A stretch of DNA of 64,000 nucleotides from an uncultured Chloroflexia bacterium (GTDB lineage: Bacteria; Chloroflexota; Limnocylindria; Limnocylindrales; CSP1-4): positions 768,001-832,000 of the forward strand of contig CAWEZH010000002.1 in assembly GCA_963813535.1 (NCBI GenBank), written 5' to 3'. Shown here in pieces: positions 37,958 to 46,325 of the stretch. A model generated the notes under the pieces. It ran no database searches. It saw only the letters and a program-made list of their open reading frames with translations, and was not told the DNA's origin. Position numbers and translations under genes: made by a program. The stretch's first letter is position 1; every line of letters starts with the position of its first letter.

Positions 37958-38680
37958 ATGACCGTCGCCGCCGTGATCCTGTCCGCGACGTCCGAAGGTG
38001 CACTGGCCGACACGCTGGGCCAGCCTCGCGTCCGCCGTATCGTCGACATCGCCTGGTCGGGTGGGGCGCTGCCCGTCGTGGTCGTCGCCCCCGACCCTGA
38101 CGGCGCCGTGGCTGCGGCCCTGATCGGCACCGAGGCCATCTACGGCTCACCTGCCCCGCCCGAGGCCGGGCCGGCCGGTCAGATGGTCCGTGGCGCGGAG
38201 ATCGCCCGTGATGAGGTCCGCGACATCAGCGCGGTCCTGCTCTGGCCGGCACGGATGGCCTGGGTCGGCCCGGAATCGATCACCTCACTGATCGAGGCGC
38301 ATGGCGTCCAGCCGGGGTCACTCCTCCGACCCGGCTGGCAGGGCGAAGCAGGCTGGCCGGTGTTGCTCCCGCTGTCGGCGCTCGACGAGCTGCGCGCGGT
38401 CGGACCCGATCGCATGCCGCCCGAGGTCATCGACATGGTGTCGGGCTCCGTCGCGACCCGGGTGATCGACGTCGGCGACCCCGGTGTCCAGTACGACGTC
38501 GACACGCCGTTCCGCGAGCTCCCGCCATACGAGGGACCGCCCGATCCGCCGGGCGGACACACCCACGAATGGGACGATGCCGTGGTCGACCGTGGGGTTG
38601 ACGAGGACGTGCCCGGCGAGGGCCGCGGACTGGCCCCGTTCCCCCAGGCAGCCGACGACACGGCGACCGACCTCGACTGA
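37958..38680 (+). CDS. MobA/MocA-like NTP-transferase-fold protein (degenerate motifs)
   Basis: MTVAAVIL..., G.P..RRIV, LLW P.RM.W, G.PVLL, DPGVQYDVDTP. ATG lies 7 nt after TAGCAT. Confidence 0.65.
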   Translation: MTVAAVILSATSEGALADTLGQPRVRRIVDIAWSGGALPVVVVAPDPDGAVAAALIGTEAIYGSPAPPEAGPAGQMVRGAEIARDEVRDISAVLLWPARMAWVGPESITSLIEAHGVQPGSLLRPGWQGEAGWPVLLPLSALDELRAVGPDRMPPEVIDMVSGSVATRVIDVGDPGVQYDVDTPFRELPPYEGPPDPPGGHTHEWDDAVVDRGVDEDVPGEGRGLAPFPQAADDTATDLD

Positions 38681-38698
38681 GGCCGGGTGGCTCAGGCG

Positions 38699-39211
38699 CT
38701 ACCCGGCGATCAACGGGGTCACGAGCGGGACGACGTAGGTCACGCCGAGCACGGCCGTGACGAGCGTCACCCGCCGGCGGTCGGTCGCGGTCGCCTCGGG
38801 TAGCAGGTCCGGACCGTGCGGACGGCTGAGGACGAGCAACGCCGCCATCGTCTCGAGCGGGACGAGCACCTCGTTGCGGGTCAGGGCGGTCAGCGTCCGG
38901 AGCAGGCCGAACACGATCAGGATGACGCATACCGGGTTCACCGCATGGACCGCCCAGGCGGCTGAGCCACTGAGGCCGCGGATCAGGCTGAGGAACACGA
39001 CGAGCGTTGCGACGACGTTCGTCGTGAGCAAGACGACCAACGGTAACGACGCGGCGACGCGATCAGGATCGATGCCCGTACCGAACACGACGAGGATGAC
39101 GCCGAGGGCGGCCAGGCTGGCCAGGACGATGAAGAGGAAGCGGGCCCAGCGCTTGTAGGGCTCCAGCGCTTTCGGGTCAGCACGCTTGGCCTGGGCCTCG
39201 GGGACGTCCAT
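38699..39211 (-). CDS. Hypothetical multi-pass membrane protein
   Basis: About 5 hydrophobic helices; ATG lies 7 nt after TAGCAT. Confidence 0.7.
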   Translation of the reverse strand: MDVPEAQAKRADPKALEPYKRWARFLFIVLASLAALGVILVVFGTGIDPDRVAASLPLVVLLTTNVVATLVVFLSLIRGLSGSAAWAVHAVNPVCVILIVFGLLRTLTALTRNEVLVPLETMAALLVLSRPHGPDLLPEATATDRRRVTLVTAVLGVTYVVPLVTPLIAG

Positions 39212-39221
39212 GCGTTCGATG

Positions 39222-40184
39222 CTAGTCGACGGCCGCTGCCGCCTGATCGCGCGAGGGGCGCATGGCGTCGCGAAGGCGAGCGAGCGGGACGGTCGCGACC
39301 GCGATGCCGCCGATCACCAGGGCGACACCGCCGAGCTGTGCGATCGACGGTCGCTCGCCCAACAGCACCATGCTCAGCCCGACCGTGACGACCGGCTGCA
39401 CGAGCAGGATCAGCGACGTCACCATCGCCGGCAGGCGTGGCAGCGAGATGGAGATGAACAGGTAGCCCAGCGACTGCGACGTGAGACCGAGCACCGCGAG
39501 CCAGGCGAGGCTCTCCAGCCCCGGCGTGAGATCGAGGTCGCCCACGATCATCCCGGCGACGGCCGCCACGACGGCGGTGGCCATCGTGGCCACGGCGACC
39601 GGTCCAGCCGGGCGTCGTGCGTCGCGGCCGCTCAGTCGGATGATCAGCAGGTATCCCGAGTAGCAGAGCGCGGTCGCGATGCCCAGGATCACGCCCAGGG
39701 CCGGGTCGGTACCGTACGCGTCGGCCCCGATCACGCCGCTGATCAGCACGACTCCCGCGAGGACGATCGGGACGGCGATCAGCGTCGACCGCGACGGCCG
39801 CTCGGCGAATACCACCCACGCGACGACGCCGACGATGAGGACCTGGAGATTGCCGAGGACCGTCGCCAGACCCGCCCCGACGTATTCGATGGCGTGGTGC
39901 CAGAACGTCAGGTCGCCCGCGAAGAAGACACCGGCGATCAGGGCCAGCTGCACGGAGCGCCGGGGCAGCGGACCGAAGCGGCGTCGTTCCGCCCAGGCGA
40001 CCGCGACCAGCAGGGGCAGGCCGAAGAGCGCGCGGAACACCGTCCCGGTCGACGGGGTCACGTCCGCCCACAGGTAGAAGATCCCGGAGAACGCGATGCA
40101 CAGGGCACCGGCCAGGGCCGCCAGGCGCGGCCGTCGAGCGATCGCGTCGAGCGGCCGGATGCCGAGTGCGGTCTCGGAGCTCAG
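39222..40184 (-). CDS. EamA/DMT-family transporter (probable CTG start at 40184, or a 1-nt error upstream)
   Basis: 10-TM DMT pattern (ALCIAFSGIF, FRAL, GAGLATVLGNLQ, LLVQPV, LLGERPS). The first TM lies upstream of the track's GTG at 40061. Confidence 0.85.
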   Translation of the reverse strand: MSSETALGIRPLDAIARRPRLAALAGALCIAFSGIFYLWADVTPSTGTVFRALFGLPLLVAVAWAERRRFGPLPRRSVQLALIAGVFFAGDLTFWHHAIEYVGAGLATVLGNLQVLIVGVVAWVVFAERPSRSTLIAVPIVLAGVVLISGVIGADAYGTDPALGVILGIATALCYSGYLLIIRLSGRDARRPAGPVAVATMATAVVAAVAGMIVGDLDLTPGLESLAWLAVLGLTSQSLGYLFISISLPRLPAMVTSLILLVQPVVTVGLSMVLLGERPSIAQLGGVALVIGGIAVATVPLARLRDAMRPSRDQAAAAVD

Positions 40185-40203
40185 GGCCCGGGCTCCGGGC
40201 CGG

Positions 40204-42063
40204 TCATGCAGACGGCGGCTTCGGCGGGCCGCCGACGAACCGCAGGCCGAGCTCCTCGAGCTGCTCGGGCTCCGGTGGCGAGGGTGCCTCGAGCATCGGG
40301 TCGCTCCCCGACTGCGTCTTCGGGAACGCCATCACCTCGCGGATGTTCGTCTGGTTGGCGAGGAGCGCCGCCCAGCGGTCGATGCCGAGCGCGATGCCGC
40401 CGTGCGGTGGAGCGCCGTACTCGAACGCGTCGAGGACGGCGCCGAACTTGTCGCGCATGCCCTCGAGCGTCTGCCCCTGGAGCAGGAAGCTGCGCTCGAG
40501 CAGGTCGCGCCGATGGATCCGCACCGATCCACCGCCGAGCTCCCAGCCGTTCAGGACGAGGTCGTACTGGAGCGCACGGGCGCGACCGGCGGGGTCCTCG
40601 GGCGACGGTCGCGCCGGGTCACCCGACGCCGTCACCAGCAGCGCCTCGTCCTCGGGCACGACGCCGCTGAACGGGTTGTGGGTGGCATCCCAGCGCAGGT
40701 TCTCCTCGTCCCACTGATACATCGGGAAGCGGTTGACCCACGCGTAGGCCAGCACGTCAGCGTCGGCCAGCGAGAGCCGCTCGCCGAGCTCGGCCCGGAG
40801 ACGGCCGAGGACGTCGGCCACGGTCGGCGCGGCGTCCGCGACGACCAGGACCAGGTCGCCGTCCGACGCGCCGGTCGCATCGATCACGGCCCGTTGCAGG
40901 TCGTCGGACAGGAACTTGGCGACCGGTCCGCTGAGGCCCTCGGGCGTCACCGACAGGTGGACGAGGCCCTTGGCCCCGAACCGCTTGGCGTGCTCGGTCA
41001 GCTCGTCGATCTCGCGCCGGGTCGCGCCGCCCAGGCCGGGCGCCACGATCGCCTTGACCCGGCCGCCGGAGGCGAGCGCGTCGTCGAAGACCCGGAACCC
41101 TGAGCCGTCACGCAGGACGAGAGCCAGGTCGACGAGCTCCATGCCGAACCGGACGTCGGGCTTGTCGGACCCGAAGCGCTCCATGACCTCGTCGTACGTG
41201 AAGCGCGGGAACGGCGCCTGGACGATCGGCCGATCCGGGGTCGTGGCACGGGACACGTCGATCACCATCGACTCGATGAACGCCATCACCGTGTCCTCGT
41301 CGATGAAGCTCATCTCGAGGTCGAGCTGGGTGAACTCGGGCTGGCGATCGCCACGCAGGTCCTCATCGCGGTAGCAGCGCGCGATCTGGAAATAGCGGTC
41401 GACCCCGGCCACCATGAGCAGCTGCTTGAGCTGCTGTGGGCTCTGCGGCAAGGCATAGACGCTGCCTGGCTGGAGACGCGACGGGACGATGAAGTCGCGG
41501 GCGCCCTCGGGCGTCGACTTGATCAGCGTCGGCGTCTCGACCTCGACGAACCCCGCGGCGTGGTGAACCTCGCGGATCGCCTGCACCATGCGGCTCCGGA
41601 GGAGGAGCCGATCGGCCATCGGCTGGCGACGGATGTCGAGATAGCGGTACTTGAGTCGCAGGCCCTCGTCGACCGGCTTGTCGGGCTCGTTGATGTAGAA
41701 CGGCGGCGTCTTCGCCTCGGACAGGATGTCGATCTCACTCGCGCGAAGCTCGATCTCGCCCGTGGGCATGCGCGGGTTCTCGGTCCCCGGCAGGCGCGGC
41801 GCGACCTCGCCCGCCACGCTGACGACGAACTCGCTCCGGACGCGGCTGCCGATCTCGTGGGCCACCGGCGACTCGGTCTTGTCGATGACGACCTGGGTGA
41901 TGCCATGACGGTCACGGATGTCCAGGAAGATCAGCTGGCCGTGGTCGCGGCGTCGGTGGACCCAGCCGGCCAGGCGCGCCTGGATCCCCGCATCGGACGC
42001 GCGCAGCTGACCGGCAGTGTGCGTGCGGTAGGGCGTGGCGAGACCGGGGGAAGCGTCCGTCAT
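40204..42063 (-). CDS. aspS: Aspartate--tRNA(Asp/Asn) ligase (likely non-discriminating)
   Basis: GWVHRRRDHG, RLKYRYLDIR, TPEGARDF, LPQSPQ, CYRDEDLRGDRQPEFTQLD, GAPPHGG, FPKT. Confidence 0.97.
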   Translation of the reverse strand: MTDASPGLATPYRTHTAGQLRASDAGIQARLAGWVHRRRDHGQLIFLDIRDRHGITQVVIDKTESPVAHEIGSRVRSEFVVSVAGEVAPRLPGTENPRMPTGEIELRASEIDILSEAKTPPFYINEPDKPVDEGLRLKYRYLDIRRQPMADRLLLRSRMVQAIREVHHAAGFVEVETPTLIKSTPEGARDFIVPSRLQPGSVYALPQSPQQLKQLLMVAGVDRYFQIARCYRDEDLRGDRQPEFTQLDLEMSFIDEDTVMAFIESMVIDVSRATTPDRPIVQAPFPRFTYDEVMERFGSDKPDVRFGMELVDLALVLRDGSGFRVFDDALASGGRVKAIVAPGLGGATRREIDELTEHAKRFGAKGLVHLSVTPEGLSGPVAKFLSDDLQRAVIDATGASDGDLVLVVADAAPTVADVLGRLRAELGERLSLADADVLAYAWVNRFPMYQWDEENLRWDATHNPFSGVVPEDEALLVTASGDPARPSPEDPAGRARALQYDLVLNGWELGGGSVRIHRRDLLERSFLLQGQTLEGMRDKFGAVLDAFEYGAPPHGGIALGIDRWAALLANQTNIREVMAFPKTQSGSDPMLEAPSPPEPEQLEELGLRFVGGPPKPPSA

Positions 42064-42142
42064 GGCCGGCAAATGGTACGGGACAGGGCGACGGTCGCCC
42101 CGGTCACGCCCGCGGACGAGCGATGTCGGGACCAGTCGCTCG

Positions 42143-42421
42143 TCAGGCGGCCGCTCGCGGTCCGTGGCGGAAGACCCAGGCGACGCCCATCGTGGCGGCG
42201 CCGACGATCGCGGCGACCGAGTTCGGGACGGCGATCACCGGGTTCCCGAGCGAGATGCCGTATCCGATCCAGAGCACGAATCCGAACTCGAGGACCGCCA
42301 GGTACGCGATCGACACGTCGGCGGACGAGCGCCGCTCGACCATGCGCCGGATCTGGAGCAGGGGTGAGATCGCCATCAGCACGCCCCATGCAGCGGCGGC
42401 GATGCCGAGCGTATCGGCCAC
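42143..42421 (-). CDS. SemiSWEET/PQ-loop-family small transporter
   Basis: 92 aa with 3 TM, SPLLQI..M..RRSSADVS, LWIGYG, PVIAVPN; SD GAGGGA before GTG 42421. Confidence 0.78.
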   Translation of the reverse strand: MADTLGIAAAAWGVLMAISPLLQIRRMVERRSSADVSIAYLAVLEFGFVLWIGYGISLGNPVIAVPNSVAAIVGAATMGVAWVFRHGPRAAA

Positions 42422-42558
42422 GGTGACGGTTCCCTCGGGGTGGTGCACGCTCGGACTGGTGGCCGCGTTCGCTGGTTGGGCCAGGAGGAGCGCAAGCGCG
42501 GCTGCGAGACCGTACCACGCGATCCGCCGGTCGAGGACACCCTCAGGCCAGGCGCCGC

Positions 42559-43857
42559 TCAGCCCCCATGGCGATGGGCCTGGTGGGCGCGCGCCACCTC
42601 CCTCGCAAGGTCTTCGACGCTCACGACCTTCTGCGTCCCGGCCGGCAGGTCCTTCAGCTGGACCTCGCCGTTCGCCAGCTCGTCGCCCACGATGATCGCG
42701 AAGTGGGCCTGGTCGCGGGCGGCGGCCTCCAGCTGCTTGCCAAGCTTGCGGTGGCCGAGCTCCGCACGCGCCGCGATCCCCTCGCCACGGAGCGACGTGG
42801 CGATGCGCAATCGCTCCACGGTCGCCTCGGGGTCGGCGCCCACCACGACGGCGGTCGGGGCGTCGGCCGTCGCCTGCCGACCGTCTCCGCCGTCCTGGGC
42901 ATCAAGCGCGAGCAGCAGCCGATCGAGCCCGATGCCGAACCCGATGCCCGGCGTCGGCCGGCCACCGAGCAGCTCGACCAGCCCGTCGTAGCGCCCGCCG
43001 CCACCGATCGCCTGCTGCTGTCCCTCGCGGCCCTCGACATAGAACTCGAACGCGGTCCTGGTGTAGTAGTCGAGACCGCGGACCAGCCCGGGCTCGAGCC
43101 GGTATGCGACGCCGACCGCATCGAGATGCGCACGGACCGCCGCGAAATGCGCCGCACACGCATCGCACAGGTGGTCGGTGATACGCGGCGCACCGGCGTT
43201 GAGCGTCGCCATCGCCGGATCCCTCGAGTCGAGGAGGCGAAGGACGTTCCGGTCGAGGCGCCCGCGTTCGGTCGGCGGGAGCGCGTAAGCGTGCGTCTGG
43301 TAATAGGCGGTCAGCTCCTCGATGTACGCCGGGCGGCAGACCGCATCGCCGATGGAATTGAGCAGCACGCGGACACCATCGACCCCGGCGTCGGTGTAGA
43401 AGCGCATGCCGAGTTCGATGATCTCCGCATCGACAGCCGGGCCCGGGTCGCCGATGGCCTCGATGTCGAATTGCCAGAACTGCCGGTAGCGACCGGCCTG
43501 CGGCCGGTCGTAGCGGAACATCGGCCCGATCTCATAGACCTTGACCGGCTGCGGCCAGGTCTGCATGCCGTGCTGGACGTAGGCCCGCACGATCCCGGCG
43601 GTCGGTTCGGGGCGAAGGGCCCACGATTCGGACTCCTCGGTCCGCGGCACGATCCGGTACAGCTCCTTCTCGACGATGTCCGTGACCTCGCCGACACCGC
43701 GCTCGAACACGGCCGTCTGCTCGAACATCGGCGTCTCGATGCGGCGGTAGCCGTAGCGACCGGCGAGATCGGCGGCCAGTCGTTCGAGTCTCGTCCAGCG
43801 GGGGGTCTCGTCTGGCAGCAGGTCGCGCGTGCCGCGGGCGGCGCGGAAGTCGGGCAT
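42559..43857 (-). CDS. hisS: Histidine--tRNA ligase
   Basis: RGTRD, TPMFE, LRPEPTA, GPMFRYDRPQAGRYRQF, LVRGLDYYT, GGGRYDGL. Confidence 0.98.
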   Translation of the reverse strand: MPDFRAARGTRDLLPDETPRWTRLERLAADLAGRYGYRRIETPMFEQTAVFERGVGEVTDIVEKELYRIVPRTEESESWALRPEPTAGIVRAYVQHGMQTWPQPVKVYEIGPMFRYDRPQAGRYRQFWQFDIEAIGDPGPAVDAEIIELGMRFYTDAGVDGVRVLLNSIGDAVCRPAYIEELTAYYQTHAYALPPTERGRLDRNVLRLLDSRDPAMATLNAGAPRITDHLCDACAAHFAAVRAHLDAVGVAYRLEPGLVRGLDYYTRTAFEFYVEGREGQQQAIGGGGRYDGLVELLGGRPTPGIGFGIGLDRLLLALDAQDGGDGRQATADAPTAVVVGADPEATVERLRIATSLRGEGIAARAELGHRKLGKQLEAAARDQAHFAIIVGDELANGEVQLKDLPAGTQKVVSVEDLAREVARAHQAHRHGG

Positions 43858-43911
43858 CGGCCGAAGTCTAGCCGCGGGCGCCGGTCGCCCGTCGCTCTCC
43901 TGTCGCCCGGC

Positions 43912-46293
43912 CTACCCGAGGTCGCGTTGGACGTTGATCACGTCCTTGAGGTTCTCGATCCGGCTCATGACGCGAGCGAGCTGCGAGACCGAGGCCACCT
44001 GGAGCGTCGCCGTGACGACCGCGGTGTGGTCCTGGCTCACACCGACGTTGGCGGCGACGATGTTGACCTTGTTCTCGGCCACGACCTGGGTGATGTCGTT
44101 GAGCAGCCCGGTCCGGTCATAGGCCTCGACCCGGATGGCGATCGGGTAGGTCTGGGCGGGCTCGGCCTCCCACTCGACCTCGATCAGCCGGCTGACCTCG
44201 CGCTCATTGGACACGGTGGTGCACGACCGGAGATGGACGGTCACGCCCTTGCCGCGGGTGATGAACCCTACGATCGGGTCGCCCGGGATCGGGTGACAGC
44301 ACTTGGCGAAGCGCACCAGCAGGTCGCCCACACCCTTCACGCGGACACCGCCGGCCCGCGCCAGCTGCTGGGAGGCGGGCGCAACGGTCGGGAGCTGGCT
44401 CTGCCCGTCATCGACCACGCCAAGGCGCATGACCACGGCCTGGGGGCCGATGGCGCCGTAGCCGATCGCCGCGTAGAAGTCGTCGACCGAGTCGTGGTTC
44501 AGCTGCTTGGCGACCTCGGCGATCTTGTCCGTCCCGACCGCCGAGATGCTCGTCCGGGCGAGCCGGCGGAGCTCACGCTCGAGCGCCTCGCGACCGTGGA
44601 CGATGTTCTCGTCACGGTCCTTGCGCTTGAACCATTGCCGGATCTTCTCCCGTGCGTGGGACGTCCGGACGACGTTCAGCCAGTCACGCGACGGGCCGTG
44701 TTCACCCTTCGTCGTGACGATCTCGACGATGTCGCCGTTCTTGAGGCGATAGTCGAGCGGGACCAGCCGGTTGTTGACCTTGGCGCCGATCGTGCGGTGC
44801 CCGACGTCGGTGTGGATGCGGTAGGCGAAGTCGAGTGGCGTGGCGCCGGCGGGCAGGTCCTTGATGTCGCCCTTCGGGGTGAAGACAAAGACCTGGTCCT
44901 GGAAGATGTCGAGCTTGATGCCCTCGACGAACTCGGTGGCGTCGGATTCCGACACGTCGCGCTGCCAGTCCATGAGCTGGCGCAGCCACGCGAGCTTGGC
45001 GTCGTACTCGCGGTCGGATTTCGTCCCTTCCTTGTAGCGCCAGTGGGCCGCGATCCCGACCTCGGACACCTGGTGCATCTGGTGGGTCCGGATCTGGATC
45101 TCGAGCGGCTTGCCGTCGAGCGCGATGACCGCGGTATGGAGCGACTGATAGAGGTTGTTCTTGGGGACGGCGATGTAATCGTCGAACTGGCCGGGGATGG
45201 GCCGCCACAGGCTGTGCACGATGCCCAGGGCCGCGTAGCAGTCGCGCACTTCGTCGACGAGGACCCGGATGGCGTAGACGTCGTAGATCTCGCCGAACTC
45301 CGCGCCCTTGCGCTGCATCTTCTTCCAGATGCTGAAGATGTGCTTCGGTCGGCCCTGGAGGTCGGGCTCGATGCCGGCCGCCTCGAGCCGCGGGCGGAGC
45401 TCGGCGATGGCCCGATCGATGTAGGTCTCGCGGCCCTTGCGCCGCGTATCGAGCAGCTTCGCCAGCTCGCGGAAGCGCTCGGGCTCGAGCACCTTGAACG
45501 CGAGGTCCTCGAGCTCCCACTTGATCTGCCAGATCCCGAGGCGCTCCGCCAGCGGCGCGTAGATCTCCATCGTCTGGCGGGCGATGCGCTGCTGCTTCTC
45601 GGAGGGCAAGCCGTACAGCGTGCGCATGTTGTGGAGGCGGTCGGCCAGCTTGATGAGGACGACGCGGATGTCCTCCGCCATCGCGAGCAGCATCTTGCGG
45701 ATGTTCTCGGCCTGTTGCTGCTCGTGGCTATGGGTGGAGAAGCGCGACAGCTTGGTGACGCCGTCGACGAGTTGGGCCACCTCGGCACCGAAGCGCTCCT
45801 CGATGTCCGGCAGGCTGTACTCGGTGTCCTCCGGGACGTCGTGGAGCAGCGCGGCCTCGACGGCGATCGGGTCGATCCCGAGCTCGGCCACGATCTGCGC
45901 CGAGGCGATGGGATGGGTCACGTACGGCTCGCCGGTCGCGCGAACCTCGCCCTCGTGCGCCGCAACGGCCAGGTCGAAGGCGCGCTCGACGCCGCTCAGG
46001 TCGGCGGTCGGATGGTGGTCGGTGACCGAGGTCTTCAGGGCCGACCGGAGCGCCTCGAGATCGGTGCCCGGCGTGCTTCCGGGGCGGACCGGTGGCGCCC
46101 GGCGCGGACCTCGCCGGGCCGGGGTCTTCGGCGCCTTCTGCGAGGCAGCCGGAGTCGGGGCGGCCGGCGGGGCATGACGCGCGGTCGGCGAGTTCGACGC
46201 CGCGGCGTTCCGTGCAGGCGCAGACGCGCGTTCCGCGCTCGTCGTCGACGCCGCGGACGCGGTCGATGCGGTCTTCGCTCGGCTGGCGGCCAT
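43912..46293 (-). CDS. relA: Long RSH (p)ppGpp synthetase/hydrolase
   Basis: R.TGEPYVTHP, LLHDVPED, IKLADRLHNMRTL, GRPKH, YQSLHT, EIQIRT, TGS (DFAY.IHT.VG), CC.P.PGD, ACT domain. Confidence 0.95.
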   Translation of the reverse strand: MAASRAKTASTASAASTTSAERASAPARNAAASNSPTARHAPPAAPTPAASQKAPKTPARRGPRRAPPVRPGSTPGTDLEALRSALKTSVTDHHPTADLSGVERAFDLAVAAHEGEVRATGEPYVTHPIASAQIVAELGIDPIAVEAALLHDVPEDTEYSLPDIEERFGAEVAQLVDGVTKLSRFSTHSHEQQQAENIRKMLLAMAEDIRVVLIKLADRLHNMRTLYGLPSEKQQRIARQTMEIYAPLAERLGIWQIKWELEDLAFKVLEPERFRELAKLLDTRRKGRETYIDRAIAELRPRLEAAGIEPDLQGRPKHIFSIWKKMQRKGAEFGEIYDVYAIRVLVDEVRDCYAALGIVHSLWRPIPGQFDDYIAVPKNNLYQSLHTAVIALDGKPLEIQIRTHQMHQVSEVGIAAHWRYKEGTKSDREYDAKLAWLRQLMDWQRDVSESDATEFVEGIKLDIFQDQVFVFTPKGDIKDLPAGATPLDFAYRIHTDVGHRTIGAKVNNRLVPLDYRLKNGDIVEIVTTKGEHGPSRDWLNVVRTSHAREKIRQWFKRKDRDENIVHGREALERELRRLARTSISAVGTDKIAEVAKQLNHDSVDDFYAAIGYGAIGPQAVVMRLGVVDDGQSQLPTVAPASQQLARAGGVRVKGVGDLLVRFAKCCHPIPGDPIVGFITRGKGVTVHLRSCTTVSNEREVSRLIEVEWEAEPAQTYPIAIRVEAYDRTGLLNDITQVVAENKVNIVAANVGVSQDHTAVVTATLQVASVSQLARVMSRIENLKDVINVQRDLG

Positions 46294-46325
46294 GGGGCGC
46301 AAGGATAGCAGCGGCCCCCGTTCGA

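Noticed and set aside
42481-42502. GAGGAGCG resembling the SAH riboswitch core
   Set aside because: Wrong strand for the downstream gene, and the remaining consensus is missing.
42568-46308. 1246-aa plus-strand ORF, and other long antisense ORFs such as 52351..55074, 24014..26512 and 52..1596
   Set aside because: Shadow ORFs opposite well-conserved genes; expected from high-GC codon bias; no recognisable motifs.
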